From Chrysemys picta bellii (lineage: Eukaryota), in NCBI RefSeq assembly GCF_011386835.1, contig NC_088795.1:14508001-14572000 (forward strand): DNA of 64,000 nt, given 5' to 3'. Below the pieces are notes generated by a model that did no database searches, was not told the DNA's origin, and was given only the letters and a program-made list of their open reading frames with translations. Below, piece after piece: positions 32,215-47,200 of this stretch (the first letter of the stretch is position 1; every line of letters begins with the position of its first letter). The position numbers were made by a program, and so were the translations under genes.

Positions 32215-35200
32215 AACTTCCTTTCTATACAGTAGAACCTCAGAGTTATGAACCCCTCGGGAATGCAAGTTCGTAGCCCAGCTGTTGCTGGCTGGTGTGA
32301 CATTCCTACCCCCTCAGGCTGGGCAGTGCTAGCCAAACGTGACGTTCAGGAGCATTGCCTCATGTTGATCGGCCCTGTTGCGATTTCTCAGCTCCAACAG
32401 TGAAAATAACTGGTATCCCAGCTGGCCGTTCCCAGAAACAGCCCTGGGTCTGGATGCTGCAGTGGTGGTGGTTTTAGAAATGCCTAGGGTGCCATGGGTT
32501 GGTTCGTTATATGGTAAAGGCCCGTACTCTATTTCTTAAAACCACTACAGGCTTGTGAAACTGAGCATAGGATCTCAAGCTGCTGCCAAAGTTACCTTGA
32601 ATGGCCTTATTGCTCAGAGCAATAAAATCAAAATTATACTAGCAACTCAGGAAACCAGCCTTTGCACAATAGGTTGTGTCTACACTACAGTTGTGTCAGT
32701 CGATGATCACACCTTTTCACGTCCTTGGTTGACGTAACTCTGCTGGCCACAGCCCCTGGCTTTGGTGCCGTTGTGCTGGCACAGCTTGTCTTATTTAGGG
32801 CTGGTAGAATAAATTCTACTGCTGAGCAGCGTGGCCAGTAATAAGATCCATCCACACTGGGGTGCTTTGCTGATATACCTGTGCTCCTAAAGCAGCCCTT
32901 GTGCAATAGTACATGTTCACGTGGGCCATTGTGAAAGTCCTGCTACCCTTTGAGTGGTTGCTTCACTGTTGCAAGACTGGCAACAAAGACTGAGAGTGTT
33001 TTTTTGCACGTCTAGTGTTTTCAGTCAGCCTGTTTGTTGTACGCCATTTCATATCTCCTGTTATAAGCACCTGGTGACCTAACATGGGGACCTTTGCCTC
33101 TTGTAAACTAATTCTTCCCTTCCTTCCCCCCAAATGCCCATGTTTTTCAGATACTAGTTGCTGGTTTGAAATTCTTCCTTGGGAAAGATGAAGATGAGAA
33201 AAAAGACAGTGATTCAGAATCTGAGGTTAGTCCAGAGGCTAATTCTCCTGCTGTTACTTTCTCAAACTCTGCAAAATTTATCTGCAGTAGGTATTATGTA
33301 TTTTATTTATCTGCCCTAGTCTCTTCTTGCATTGTCCTCTCTTCTCCATCCAGGATGCCAGCCACCTACACCCATTTGTTTATATGTCTCCCCCACAGAT
33401 CTGTGGGCTTTCTTCCATGCCAGCCAGATGGAATAGAAGGGATCGTTTGTTGGTTTGCCCCTCAGTTTGAGGGATTCAGTCTCCTCAGGACATGTGCTAT
33501 TGTTGTTAATGGGAAATATGCCTGTACGTTGAGGGGAAGATCAGGAAAATGGTCCTCTTCGTTTTCAAAATCATTAAGGGCCACTTAGTGACTGGCCCAT
33601 TTGTAGTACCCGGGCTGATGGTCGATTAGCTGAGCTAGTAGGAAAAAGAGTTTTTTCCCCCCCCCTTACAGACTGAGAGAATGTGTTTGGTTCTAGTAGT
33701 GCCCTCAGTATGCTGGGCACTGCACACTGGTGATACAAAGCAGGAATGGCCCCTGCCCTGAAGAGCTTACACTGTAAAGTACTTTTCCATGTAGACTTGT
33801 GATTGAGGAACTGGGCTGGGATTCGGGAGACCAGGGTTGTTTTGGTTTTTTGTTTGTTTTTTTAATTAAAGCTCTGCTACAGACTTTGCATGTGACCTTG
33901 GGCAAATCACTTAATCTCTCTGTGGCTCAGTTCTTCATCTGTAAAATGGGGAAAATAGCACTTCTTTATCTCACCTGGTGTTGTGAGAATAAATGTACTG
34001 ATATGTGGGGAGTGCACAGAGGTTAGTGATGGGGGTCAGACAAGTACAGAGATGCTATTAAGCATTCTCTTTTGAACAAATTCACTGAAGTATGTTACCC
34101 TAACCATCCCCCCGCCCCTAGCTACTTTATCTGATTTGTATCGAGATCCTTTTAAAGCGTTACTCATTAATTGGGTATTGTTGAATAATACGTTACTGTT
34201 GCCTAATGACTAGTACCATATCTGTTTTATTGCTTTATTGACATGCGGTTACCGGGTCATAAACCTTGATGTAGGTGTTCTCTTTTATGAAGTCAAAGTT
34301 TTAAGTATTGAAATGCATGTCAGGCTGGTTCCATGGCAAATATTTGGAGGTAGAATGAATTGGTTTCCAATTTTTGAAAACCTGGTGTGTGACCCTGACA
34401 ATTGTTGCTGTCAATCAGCTGCAATATCCTATTTGAAGCCTCATTCCCTTGAATCATGCTCTGTCTGATGTTCCTTTGCGAAGGATGAAATGCCCACAAC
34501 CAGAGACCTCATGGTGAGATATGCAACAGGAAAGAAAACCACCAAGCACAAGAAGAAGCTGGAGAAAGCCATGAAGGTTCTGAAGGTAAGGGAAGCCCAG
34601 TTGGACATTTTGGTATCACCATGGAACTAGCAGCAGAGTCCAAGCGTAAAGTAGAAAGGGAAACAAGAGTAAATTGAATACATGTAAAGCTAAATAGGAT
34701 TTTAAAAGCAGTCAGCCCTAACAAAGCAGTGCTCCATTTAATCAAACTCCTAAAGATGACATGCTGTTCTCATTTCCCTTTTTGACACCACAGTCGTCTA
34801 CGTCAGGTTCTCTCCTTCATCGGTTCATACACTGGGACCCTTCAAGACCAGGATTTTTTTGCTTTCATCTGTCCCTTTTTAGCCAACTACCCTTTGTCAT
34901 GTCTTCTAAGCAAAGCAGCCAGCTTGACGTACACTTGTTCACGTGGAAGAACACGTGTTGAAAAGAGACTTTGCTAGGTTAGATTGTGGACCAGTTTCTG
35001 CCTTGACTTGCATCTCATTCAGTCCTTTTGCGTGGGGTATACTGTAGGTCAGGGCAGGATTGTGGTGTGTTTTCTGAACTGCTGTTTCCCATGCCCAGTG
35101 CTTGGTTGGGAACTAGTATCTATATAGCTAGAGGTATGTTTCAAGAGTTTGAGTGGAGCTTTCGTTACGCAGTTTGCATTGACTTTGCCTGGAGTCGTAT

Positions 35201-38200
35201 GGCTGAAAACCACACGTAACTTGGGAAATGTTGAAAGTGCTGATGAACTTTCCTATTTAAAATCAAAACATGCCTATTAAAGCTGGGAATGTGAAATGGC
35301 AGCTTTCCAGAACTGATGTCTGAAATTCACTTAGAAGAACTCTTCCACGGAAAGGAAAAAGTGTCTCCTTGTCTCTTCCTGTCCTACAGAAACACAAGAA
35401 GAAGAAAAAGCCAGAGGTGTTTAACTTCTCCGCTATTCATTTGATCCACGATCCCCAAGGTAAGCATGGTGTCCAACCCAATTGATATACATGCGCCTTG
35501 GAAATTCTAATACATGTTCGAGCCGAGATACAGATTTTCAGGCAAAACTGCAATGGGAGAGACACCTGTGCTCCACTGTTTGAACGTGGGAATGCAATGG
35601 AATGCTTAGATACCACACTTTGTCACCGGATCTCAAAGCGCTTCACAAATGTTGATTAAATCTCTCAGCACCTTGCAAGTTAGGAGGAGTAGTCATAGAT
35701 TCTAAGGCTAGATGGGATCACTGTTATGCTCATCTAGTCTTGACTTCCTGCATAACCCTGGCCATAGAGAGCTTCACCCAGTAATTTCTGGGCTGTAACT
35801 GCTGTCTGAGCTAAGCTTATGTTTAAAAATAGATACCCAGTCTTGCTTTAAAGGCTTCCTGGAGAAACCTAGGGAAATGGTAGAAAGTTTTAATGACTAA
35901 TTACCATTCGTCACTTAGTCATTTAAAAATTTGCCTCTTATTTCTAGTCTGTTTTGTCTAATATTACTCTTTCACTCTAGACATCATGAATTAGATTTTT
36001 TTCAGATAGGCCTCAACTCAGCCTCCTTTTTAGTGCGTATTAACTGACTTTAAATATTGACAGTAAAATTTTAAAGCTATGGAGCCATATAAAAGGCATG
36101 TGCCATCCCTGTGCACCCCCTCGCAGCCCGGTGTACCCTGCTTGAATTCCACGGTTGAGAGTCAGTAAGTTGATTTTTAACAGATCTCAAGACCCTGGTT
36201 CAGAGCTCCCGAACGTAGTCTGCACAGCAAAGTCTCTGAGACTGGCCAGGCTGGTCTCCTGGACTGAGATCCAGCGCGATCTGCATGGCTTCTAGTCCTG
36301 TCTTCCTTCCTCAGCCTCCTGTTCCTGTTTAAATAGCCCACCCACAGGATGGTACAGGGCCTCCTTGGTTGCACCCAGGTTGCTTCTCTGGAGTTCTTCT
36401 AGACCCAACTTCAGGGCCTTACAGAGGAGCCCAGCTTTGCTCCCTGTGGTTCCTCCTGCAAATTGGGTTTTCTTCACCCTTTGAGGCCCAGGTGTTTCAG
36501 GCTGTCACCTGATCCCAGTGAGTCCAGCCCCCTTAGGCAGGGAAGCAGCTAAGTATGGCACGGGCAGGGCTGATTGAACAGGGCTGGCTAGCCCCAGGCC
36601 TCTTGGCCCTTAAAGGAGCAAGCCAGCCCGTGACAAGCCCATTGATTTTACCTTTTGCTTGTTGATCCTGTTCCCAATGTTATGAGCAATTTTTTTCTTT
36701 ATTCACGTTTTTTCCTTGCTGATCTAATGCAGTAACCAATTCACCTTGTGTATCATCAGGGTGAGGCTGTCTGAGCCTTAATAGCTGATTAGCTAATGAT
36801 TTGTGGCAGCTTTATTCTCCAAAGTCTCTTGGGATGTCAAGCTGACCCACATCCTGCTCTGACATCCTCGAACCCCCAGTGCTATTACTTCTTGCTGACA
36901 CTCCATGTTGCTTCCAGATTTTGCAGAGAAACTCCTAAAGCAGCTAGAGACCTCCAAGGAACGATTTGAAGTGAAGATGATGCTCATGGACCTTATCTCT
37001 AGACTAGTTGGAATACACGAGGTACACATCATGTTAACTGCACTGGGTTTTTGAGCTCTCATGTCTGAAGTAGGCTTGTCCATCAGTAATGGGTCTGAAT
37101 GTGATCAAGCTGGCACCGTGGGTTAACTCTTTGGCCTTTCACCACGGGAGACTTTGTCGTTATAAGTGAAGATGAGTTTGGCTTCATTTTATTTCCTAAT
37201 GGACTTATGTCTGGCACTATTAGCTGGCCTGAGAGGGCCAGCCGTATAACAGTAAGAGCCTTGCAGGCCAGGCCAGGGGTGCTAGAACAATATGTATAGT
37301 GGTGGTGCTGAGAGCCATTGAACCAAATTGTAACCCTGCATATGATGGAAACCACTTCAAGCCAGGGGATGCTGCTGCACTCCCAAGATACATTTCCATG
37401 CAGTAATTGCAGCCACAAGTTTCCTTAATCAGCAGTTCACAGAGAGAGGAGGAAGGGGCCATGACCCCGAGCTTGTTTATGTAGCTGGGAAAGGAAGAGA
37501 GGTGGAGATAACACTTCTTTACGCAAAGGATATCCTTTAGACAGCCACATTCCTTATGCAGCTGCAACGCTTACCAATCCTTAACAAGCAGAAGGGAGAG
37601 GGATGGCACTTTATCTATCCAGCACAGAAACAGTGCCTGCCTGTGCTTCTACTCCTTAATACCATGCCAGCACATGAGCGGTTTCCCAGGTCTTTACTTA
37701 ACCCTTACACATCCCAACAGTACTGTCAATCATAAATGGACTCTGGCGATTCCCCACCTAACAGCAACTTGAGTATAACTGAACTGTATTAATCCCCACA
37801 AACAGAATTTCTATAGTCCTCCAACTTCTCCTTCCTCCCAGCTCCCTGTGGGCCCAGGAGAAAAGATGGGCCTTGCAGCCTGTCCTGAGGGTTGACAAAC
37901 TCAGGTGGCACTGAGTATGTGAGGGAAACCTGCCCAGCCAGGGCCCGTGCCGTCTGGCTCTGGCATTACTAACTCTTCATTCCAGACTGTGACAGAAGAA
38001 AAATTGAGTGGCTTGAACATTTGAATTCAGCAGATACTGTATGAAACCCTAAATGTTCAATATTGAAGTGCAATGCGTTCGGGTCCATTGCTTGGCGGGC
38101 ACATGGCCATGTGATGAAGAAGGCCACACCCATGACAGTTGCCCCTTTGACAGTCATCTTGAAGACTAGCCTCTATGCCCACTCACTGCTCAGTGACCCG

Positions 38201-41200
38201 CTTGTGCTTACAGCGGGTCCCTCCAGCTTTGGACTGAGGGATGTTTTTCTCGGGGTCAAGAAAGCAGCAGACCTAACGTGGGACACTTGCACGACAGCCC
38301 CAATTCAAAGCCCGTCCAAGCCAATGGGACCCCGTCCTTCCATTGACTTTAATGGGATTTGGATTGGGATCAATATTTACTTTATTAAAGAAAATATTGA
38401 ACATCTCATCACAGTATTTCCCCTCCCCACCCCCCGGTCCAAGGCAGGAAAACAAATCAGAATCCACTCTGTTACAAGCACGTTGCCCAGTAGCACCAAT
38501 GCAGACTGTGTGTACCATTGTCTGTACAAAATTATTATGAATGTTTCACAGCCCCTCCCTCTAGACAGGCAGATACAATGGAGGAAACGCTGGCAGGGTT
38601 TTAATCCAGTATCCACTTTCCTCCCCACAGCTCTTTCTCTTTAACTTCTATCCCTTTGTGCAGCGGTTCATGCAGCCCCATCAGAGAGGTAAGCAACCAT
38701 CTACAAAACCTGTATCCTCTCCCTGCCTTTGTGTTCTGCATTCCCATATTGCCCTGTGTGCAGTCGGTCTCGCAGTGGTGCTGTAGGATAAAAGGTGGAC
38801 AATCAGGTTTGCCTTGTCAGATAGGGAGGGCGTGGAAGGAGGAGGGTGAAGAACAGAGACAGTTTGTTATGGGATATGGGAATGGTGCGTTCCGTACTTG
38901 CGAACGTGGGAGCTAGAATTCTTTAAATACAGACTAGAATGGATCCCCTGAGTTGTGTGAGTTAAACCAAGCTGCTACAAGAAGCTGTCTGTAATTGTTT
39001 AGCAAAGTTTGTCTCTCTTGCCGTGCCATAGTTAACGTTGCAACACTATTTCAGCCTGGAGCAGTGGCTCTCAACCTTTCCAGACTACTTGTACCCCTTT
39101 CAGAACTCTGATTTGTCTTGTGTACCCCCAAGTTTTGCCTCATTTAAAAACTACTTGCTTACAAAATCAGACGTAATGTGCTGTGACGCTTTTGTATTTC
39201 TATTACCGAAAAATGGCTTACTTTCTCATTTTTACCATATAACTATAAAATAAATCAATTGGAATGTAAGTCTTGTACTTGCATAGACGTTTATGGTACA
39301 TAGAGCAGTATAAACAAGTCATTGTCTGTATGCAATTTTAGTTTGTACTGACTTTGCTAGTGCTTTTTATGGAGCCTGTTGTAAAACCAGGCCACTAGCT
39401 AGATGAGTTGATGCATCCCCTGGAAGATCTCTGCCTACCCCTGGGGTACGTGTACCCCTGGTTTAGAACCAGTGTTCTAGAGCAGACTTTGCAAAGTGCT
39501 CTACCGTTAATATGCCGTGCTTCAAAAGAGGTGGCCAGCTGAGGGCCTGGGATAAAGTTTGTGGTATCTGATTGAGTGCTTTATTGTGACGGAGAGTGAG
39601 CCAGAGGATCTGGTTCTGCGAGGCCCCAAGTGACTTCATGTTCTCTGTGGAAGTTCAGGGTACTGAGCTTCTTGCAGGATGGGACGCAGAATTAGAAGTT
39701 GTGATGCACGGAGATATTTATAAGCCACTGAAAGCAGAAATGGCTGTCTATTGACGGTGGAATCTTTCTCTCTTTATTTTCTACTCTCCTAGAAGTGACC
39801 AAGATCCTTCTTTTTGCTGCGCAAGCGTCTCATCAGCTGGTGCCGCCAGAGGTCAGGATCCTTCCAAATCTCATTAATATTAAAAAGTAGACTGTGTGCA
39901 AACATTGGAAATATAACTGCTGAATGTGTTGACAGAGCTACGCTGAGAGAGGCAAAAAACCTGCCCAATCGTGTTAAAACTCTCAGGCTGGAAGTGGTGT
40001 TGGATGCTGGGTATTGTTTACGTAGGGGGAAAAGTAATTCAAGGAGTGATTTCTCAGTGGTGTCTGCTCAGTTCCTCTGAGATTACACCCTCTTGGTGTC
40101 AGGTGGGGTTGGAAAGCACATGCTGATCTTTCAAAATGGGAACACTTGTGCTTATTGTATGGTTTATGTTCCATAAAAAAATTAATAATGAATACCTGTG
40201 ACTCTTGGTGGTTCACCCAGGCCAGTAGGGGGTTCAGTCAGCACCTGCCTTGCAACTCTGGGTATCTTAAATCCTGTGCTGTTGTGGCTCCCTGCCATGA
40301 CACCAATATGCATACAAGTGTGCTGGTCACACTCTGGCTTCCACGGCCCAATTACTTTTAGCAGGGAGACCTCAACAACCCTTCCAGCCCTGAGTTCTCC
40401 CCCAAAGACATCTTCATGCAGTGCTCAACCCCTCTCACTGTAGCTCTCTCAAAACCTTATTAAGTTTGCCGCTCCTTTACAGAAACAGTACGCAGCCCCA
40501 GCCTGTTTGTTTGGCTGAGGATTTTCCTCTTCCGTTTGAAACACTAGGGTGCCGTTGTGTAATAAAACAAGATTAAGTTTATTCACAAACAACTTACATG
40601 TAAATGATGCTAAGAAGTAGAAATTGGGATAGGAACAGTTACAAACAAACAAACACCAGTAAAAAAAGAAAAAACTTCCAAGACTAAAACCTAACTTAAC
40701 AAACTAGAGTTTTTTGTGCAAAGTGTAAAGTATCAGGGGGTAGCTGTGTTAGTCTGTATCCACAAAAACAACGAGGAGTCCGGTGGCACCTTAAAGACTA
40801 ACTGATTTATTTGGGCATAAGCTTTTGTGGCTAAATTGGGTTTTTAACCCACAAAAGCTTATGCCCAAATAAATCGGTTAGTCTTTAAGGTGCCACCGGA
40901 CTCCTCATTGTTTTTGTTCAAAATAAGAGTTTCACCATAATTGTTTTCCTGCATGGCTAGCTGGTTCTTACCTAGGGTTCAATCACAGAGCCCAAAGTGC
41001 TCTGTTTCTTTGACTGTTCAGGTGAAGGATAACTTAGGGGTTCTCTCCCTCTCTTTATAGTCCAGTAAATCTCTGAAATATGTTCTTCTGAAGTATCAGA
41101 GGGGTAGCCGTGTTTGTCTGGATCAGTAAAAAGCAACAGAGTCTCCTGTGGCACCTTAAAGACTAACAGATGTATTGGAGCATAAGCTTTCGTGGGTCTG

Positions 41201-44200
41201 ATGAAGTGGGCATTCACCCACGAAAGCTTATGCTCCAATACATCTGTTAGTCTTTAAGGTGCCACAGGACTCTTTGTTGCTTTCTTCTGAAGTGTATCCC
41301 CAAGATTAAGGTCCTTTTCCCTGCTGGGTGTAGACTCCGTGCTGAGTGGTGCAGACACCATGCAAATAATCTTCCTGCAATCTCCCATACCAGTAAATAG
41401 CCCACTCTCCCTGGCAACACCTGGCTTGTGGTGCTGGTCCCTTTCCTTTGTCTTGAAAAATCTATTTATCAACTTCCCCTGACATGCCTGGTTAAAACAC
41501 ATTTCTGGATAACTCTTTGTAGATTAACCGTATATACGACACACAAGAATGTGAATGATCAGTGAGTTAGTTGTTTTCCAGTGATTTATTACATGCCACC
41601 TTTTGGATAAGTATGACCACAGCGGATGGGGATGTACTGAGCGGGTCAGGCCAGCTGAGTCTCACTGCTGCATACCAGGGAGCTCCTTGCCATCTAGCCT
41701 TGGGATGCTCTTAGGGTCACAAACTGGCTCTCATATAGCACTTTTAATCGAAGTAAATCTTAAAGGGCTTTACAAAGGAGGTCAGTAGCATTATCCCCAT
41801 TTTACAGATAGGGAAACAGAGGTACAGAGCAGTGACGTGACTTGATCAAAGTCACTCAGCAGGCCAGTGGCAGACCCAGGTCTGCTGAATCCACGTTCAG
41901 TGCTGTATTCACATTTCCTCCCTGTAGTAGGATTTGTATCGCAAAAATGCTCCATTAGAATGTCTCTAAAAATAGCCTCTTAAAGGGCCAAGTCCCAAGC
42001 TTTGAGTGAGTTTGCCCTTTGTGAATATGGCATTGTATGCAAATGAATATAATACAATAGGAATGTATGTTCATCTGGCCCTACTTTACTTTCTCCCTTC
42101 TAGATCATCCAGTCAGTATTAATGACCATAGCCAACAACTTTGTCACTGACAAGAATTCTGGGGAAGTTATGACTGTAGGGTAGGTATGAAAGTTCACGA
42201 CAACTCAGTCTGAGATCTGGGGGGAATCTGTGTTCCTAGAAACACTGTAAAACTCCTAGAAAATACACCTCTACCCCGATATAACACGAATTTGGATATA
42301 ACGCGGTAAAGCAGCGCTCCGGGGGGGTGGGGCTGTGCACTCCGGCGGATCAAAGCAAGTTCGATATAACGCGGTTTCACCTAGAACATGGTAAGATTTT
42401 TTTGGCTCCCGAGGACAGCGTTATATCGGGGTAGAGGTGTAGGTTGGTGTATCTCTTTAAAAAACAAAAACACCCCATTGAAATAAAATGACCTTTTGTG
42501 CAGCGTGCTTTGAGTACGGTAAATGATTTATTTTTAATTGCCAACTCTGCTCTGTCACTGGCCGTGGAGGTCATTGTTTAGCACCAGGATGCTCCATTCT
42601 CTTCCCCCCAGATGGGGCTGAATCTCTGCTTTCCTGGGTAACAAGATCTTTAGGAAGGTTCTGTGTGTATCCCATTTATCTGTAAACTCTTATGTACGCC
42701 ATGATTTTTCAGGGTGTAGATAACATGATGGTCAAGACTTCATTCCCCCTCTATACGACGACTGAAATTGTGCTAGCAACAAATAAGTTTAAACATAGCT
42801 GTTGCCAGCGGAACGCTAACCGACTTTCTGTGCCTAGTATAAATTGGCTTATTTTGCTGAGACCCATGCTATAGACAGATGCATAATCTTATTAATTATA
42901 TAATAATTGTATAATGTATTATATCTCTTTTATAATAGAGATCTAAGATGAGTCTCAGAAAAAGGTGTCCCTGTTCATACCACTTGCATGGGGGTCTGGG
43001 AGGAAACATGCTCACTAGTTCCAGCCATGCTTTAAGAATGGTTCTTGCTAAAATGGTTTCAACCATAAGGAGGGGGTGGGGGATGGACTTTAGAGAGAGA
43101 CTGGGAAGGGAGAGGGTCAGTGTGAGGGTAAAGTTACTTTGAAAGGGAACTCTCCTGTGTGAGCATACAGGCTCCCAACATAGGCTGTCCTTTACTGATC
43201 TAACCATGGATGAATGCAGTCAAGATTCCTGACTCCACTAGGCACAGATGGTCCACAGATTTAAAGGATTTTAGCTTTTCTGTATGGGATGCCCACTTCC
43301 ACCCTTTGGTCTTGGATGCTTTCTAGCTAGTTAATGATTGCTGTGCCAGTACTTTATCTTAATTTTCAAAGATGCTGAGCACCTGCACTTCTAGATACTG
43401 GGCCATCAGGATGGCTAGGAGAACAGACTACGCAAATCTGCCATGGATATAGCCCCTTTGATAGGCTACCTGGGGGGTTGAGTCCCGTGCTGCTCTTTTC
43501 TCTGACACTGAGTTGTGTGCCTCAGGATGACCATCCCTTAGTCTCAGACACGGTCAATGTAACATGCTGCTGCCAGAGACTTTTCTAACTGAGAATTAAA
43601 AAAAAAAAAACCTTTGATTTTTCTAGATTGAATGCGATAAAAGAGATAACGGCGAGATGTCCTCTGGCTATGACTGAAGACCTGCTCCAAGACCTCGCCC
43701 TGTACAAATCTCATAAAGATAAAAGTAAGTTTAGTGCTTTGCAGGTGGAAAAATGTGCTGTTCTTTTATTTATGCGTGTTTATGCTATGTGTTCTGATGT
43801 CACATCATCATTGCTTGTGTAGGGGATAGGTTGGAGTTCAGAGTATTTCTCATGTTAGTCACCTGCACCTGTGTGTCTGTTTCAGGTGTCCTCATGTGAG
43901 AGATGAAGCAGTCGGGAGGGGAAAGGGGTAGTTGCCTACTAGCAACCTGAACTGAAGCTACATAAGGGCTTGAACTTGCACAGTTTGATCAATGGGAACT
44001 TTTTCAATTAGTTGATCATTGACTGTAGGGGATGCAGGTTCATGTCCTAAATAAATGTTGATTGTGTGAGTTATCTTGGAAATGTCTGATCTAATCCTAG
44101 AGAAACTTTCTTCTTCACTTCTTTTTTAGAAGTAACAGATCCACACCAATATTGGTAGCTGCTTAAATTTTGAAAAAGGATTTTTGGGGAGATGTATCCA

Positions 44201-47200
44201 ATAAACAAAAGGAGTAGAGCAAAGATAGCAGTTACGTTGGAAAAAGGCTGAGAGTAGAAGGTAGTTTTAAAAAGTAGGTAGTCCAGAGCAGAAGGGAAAG
44301 CCCTGGATTGTCAAATAGAATAATGCTAAGAAGCGCTAGCATTTCTGAGAAAGATGTAAAGAAATATAGCGCTTTTCCTTTTACCCTCCTCCCTAGCCTC
44401 AGAACAAACCCTAATTCTAGCTCAATGCTTTCCTCTTCATTTGATCCAGGTGTTTGTTTATTCCTGGTATTTGTTTTGTAGATGTAATGATGTCTGCAAG
44501 AACTCTGATACATCTCTTCCGATCATTGAATCCGCAGATGTTACAAAAAAAATTCAGGGTAAGTGATGTTTATATGCATTAATTTGTATCTGAAAATGAG
44601 GATGAAATAAATTGAGCATCTCAAGCCAGTGAACATGGTTAACTGTGTGCATACTTTTAACTAAGAATATATGCATTGCATTTTGCCCTGGAGAGATCAC
44701 CTAAAGGCAGAAGGCAGTGTGGCCTACTGGACAGAGCACTGGTCCTAGGAGACCTGGGTTCTATTCCTGGCTCTGCCACTGGCCTACTAGGTGACCTTGG
44801 GCAAGTCACTTCCTGTCTCAGTTGCCCCATCTGTAAAATGGGGATAATAATGCTTTTTTGCAAAGTGCTTTGAGAGCTATAGAGTATCTCTGTCTCACCG
44901 CTTCACTGCAGAATCCATCATTAATCTATGGAGAGGAGATGTTTTTCAATCAAGTGCTGTGATCCGAAACTGGAATATCAGAACCTCTTCATCATTTATT
45001 TTTCTGTATGACTAAAACCTAAACTTGTTAAAAGAAGTGGATGGAGGGATTATCTGAACCTGGAGGGCTGTGGATCTCTGTCGTTGCAATGCTCATTAAT
45101 GTATAAAGCCCAAGCTGCAGAAGTTTAATCCAGAGTTTTGGAGTGCGTGTTGGGATGTGTGCCTCTGGCCGATGTCTAGCACTGGCTGATCACTTCTTGT
45201 TTCATTGGTGAAAAAACACCTTGTAACAGGGCAATGTTCCCTTTAAGGGGAGCAACCAGCCCTGTTCTAGTGAGCAGCTTGGCAGGCAGGTGCTGGGAAT
45301 CAACTGACCCAGCTGGGTAGCAGCAGCTGATTGGGTCTGATGTTTTCCGGCTAGGGGATATAAATGAGGACCTGTGGCAGTCCAGGACCAGGAGAGGGCT
45401 GGGAGAATGCTCTCCTGTAACTATGGCAGAGGACTACAGGAGGCCCTGTGGACCTCCTAGGCAGGGTGGAAATCCTGACACGAAACTGCCAGAAGCCGGG
45501 GGGATGCCACAGTCTGTGTTGTGAGCAGTACTATGTATATTGCCATATCACGTTTCCCAAGCTTGTGATCAAGTCCACCCACCTTATGCCCCTTTTAAAA
45601 TGTCCTGTTGGTGAAATTAAAGAAAACAGACAGCTACTTAAAACATGTACTTTGTTTACTTGTAGGGTAAACCTACTGAGGCCTCATCAGAAGCCAGAAT
45701 CCATGAGTATGGAGAATTAGATGCCAAAGATTATATTCCGGGAGCAGAAATATTAGAGGTTGAGAATAAGGAAGAAGGAGGAGGAATACACGAGGAAGGT
45801 TGGTTAGTTTTTCTTCACTTCCAGGCAGTACAGCATTGTCACTAGAATTCTAGTTGCATGTGAAAATGTGGTGCACGTCTCTTGTAATGCAGGAACTTGC
45901 ATGTGTTTGACACTGTCATGTCTTGAGTAACCCTGGCCATGTGTGCATTTGTCCAGTGAAACAGCACTAGTGCTGCCCTTGAATGAATGCAATACACCCA
46001 GTTATATTTGACATTGGGTCTGTGCTGCTTCATACCGTAGTTGCTTTAGCAAGAGATAACAAAGGGGTTTTGTTGCTTGCATGACTAATCTTCAAGGAAA
46101 AGCAGGTCATATGGCTTCAAAAATGCACCTGTTCAGCTCTCCCCAAGATAAATAACTGTTTGCTTACTATGTCCTTGAGTCACTTTGAAGAATTAAGAAG
46201 AGCAGTGCTCAGGCTGTTGAAAATGTAACATGACTTTTTCATATAATGTGTGCTGCTTCCATAGCTGTGTGAACTGGTTGGATGTTGGGGATGCTGCAGA
46301 ATATCGCTGCATGCATGTAGGGTGCCCTGTGCAGTAGACATCATGGGGCACTCGTGTAGCGCTGTTTATCTTCAGAGCCTTTTCCAAACACATTTTATAA
46401 CTTTATAGAGCTCTTTACAATAACTGCAACATAGGCTGGCAGTAAATTAGGTTTACACGATCGCTTGTCTCCATTGCCAGTGATCAGACATCAGGCACAC
46501 CAGTGTTTTGCATGCTGCCTTGGGTGTTTTCTTACAACTTTGGGGATAACATGTTTATTACTATGGTTGGTCCCACTTACAACAACTGATGACGTCACAA
46601 TCTCCATGAAGGATCTGATTCTAGGTGCTGTATAAACTTGTAATAAAGTGACAGTTTCTGCCTTAAATAGCTTGTGTACTATGTTAATTACAAGATGCAG
46701 GCAGAGATAACATAGAAGGAACTGAATCTGGGATCCAGTCTTAATTGCTACATTTATTATCATGCAATTGAACTAAGTCTGTTCTAGTCACTGTGTGCGC
46801 CTCTTCCCCTGGGCAGATGGATGGCAAAGTGCCAGTTTCAGTGAGGAGGAAGACGACGAAGATGGGGAATGGATAGATGTGCACCACTCCTCAGATGAGG
46901 AGCAGCAAGAAGTAGTGAGTTTTGTCATCACTTTCTGGCCTAAATAGAAATGTGATTTGCAAAGATTGGGCTTGATTCTCTATTGGCTTGCACCTTTAAT
47001 GTAGTTTTCAGCTGTGCCACGTGGGTGTAGAAACAGTAGCTAATGAGAATGGCGGTGTCTCATACCCCTTTGCACAGGTATAAGTGAATATCCACGGGTC
47101 AAAGCAGGGGAGAATCAGTCTTGTGTGTAAATATTTTACAACCTATGGGGAATAGGGCAATTTCCCCCCATCTCCAACAAAGAGTAGTAGTATTTTGGCA

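Larger units (their letters stand above)
40197..41543. mobile_element. Probable solo LTR carrying two nested Penelope hairpins
   Basis: Begins TGTGAC and ends GACACA, with LTR-like composition. Boundaries are approximate. Confidence 0.45.

Noticed and set aside
38063-38644. 193-aa plus-strand ORF in SDAD1 intron 11
   Set aside because: No recognizable motif, out of frame with exon 12, and crosses a short palindromic repeat; likely a chance ORF.
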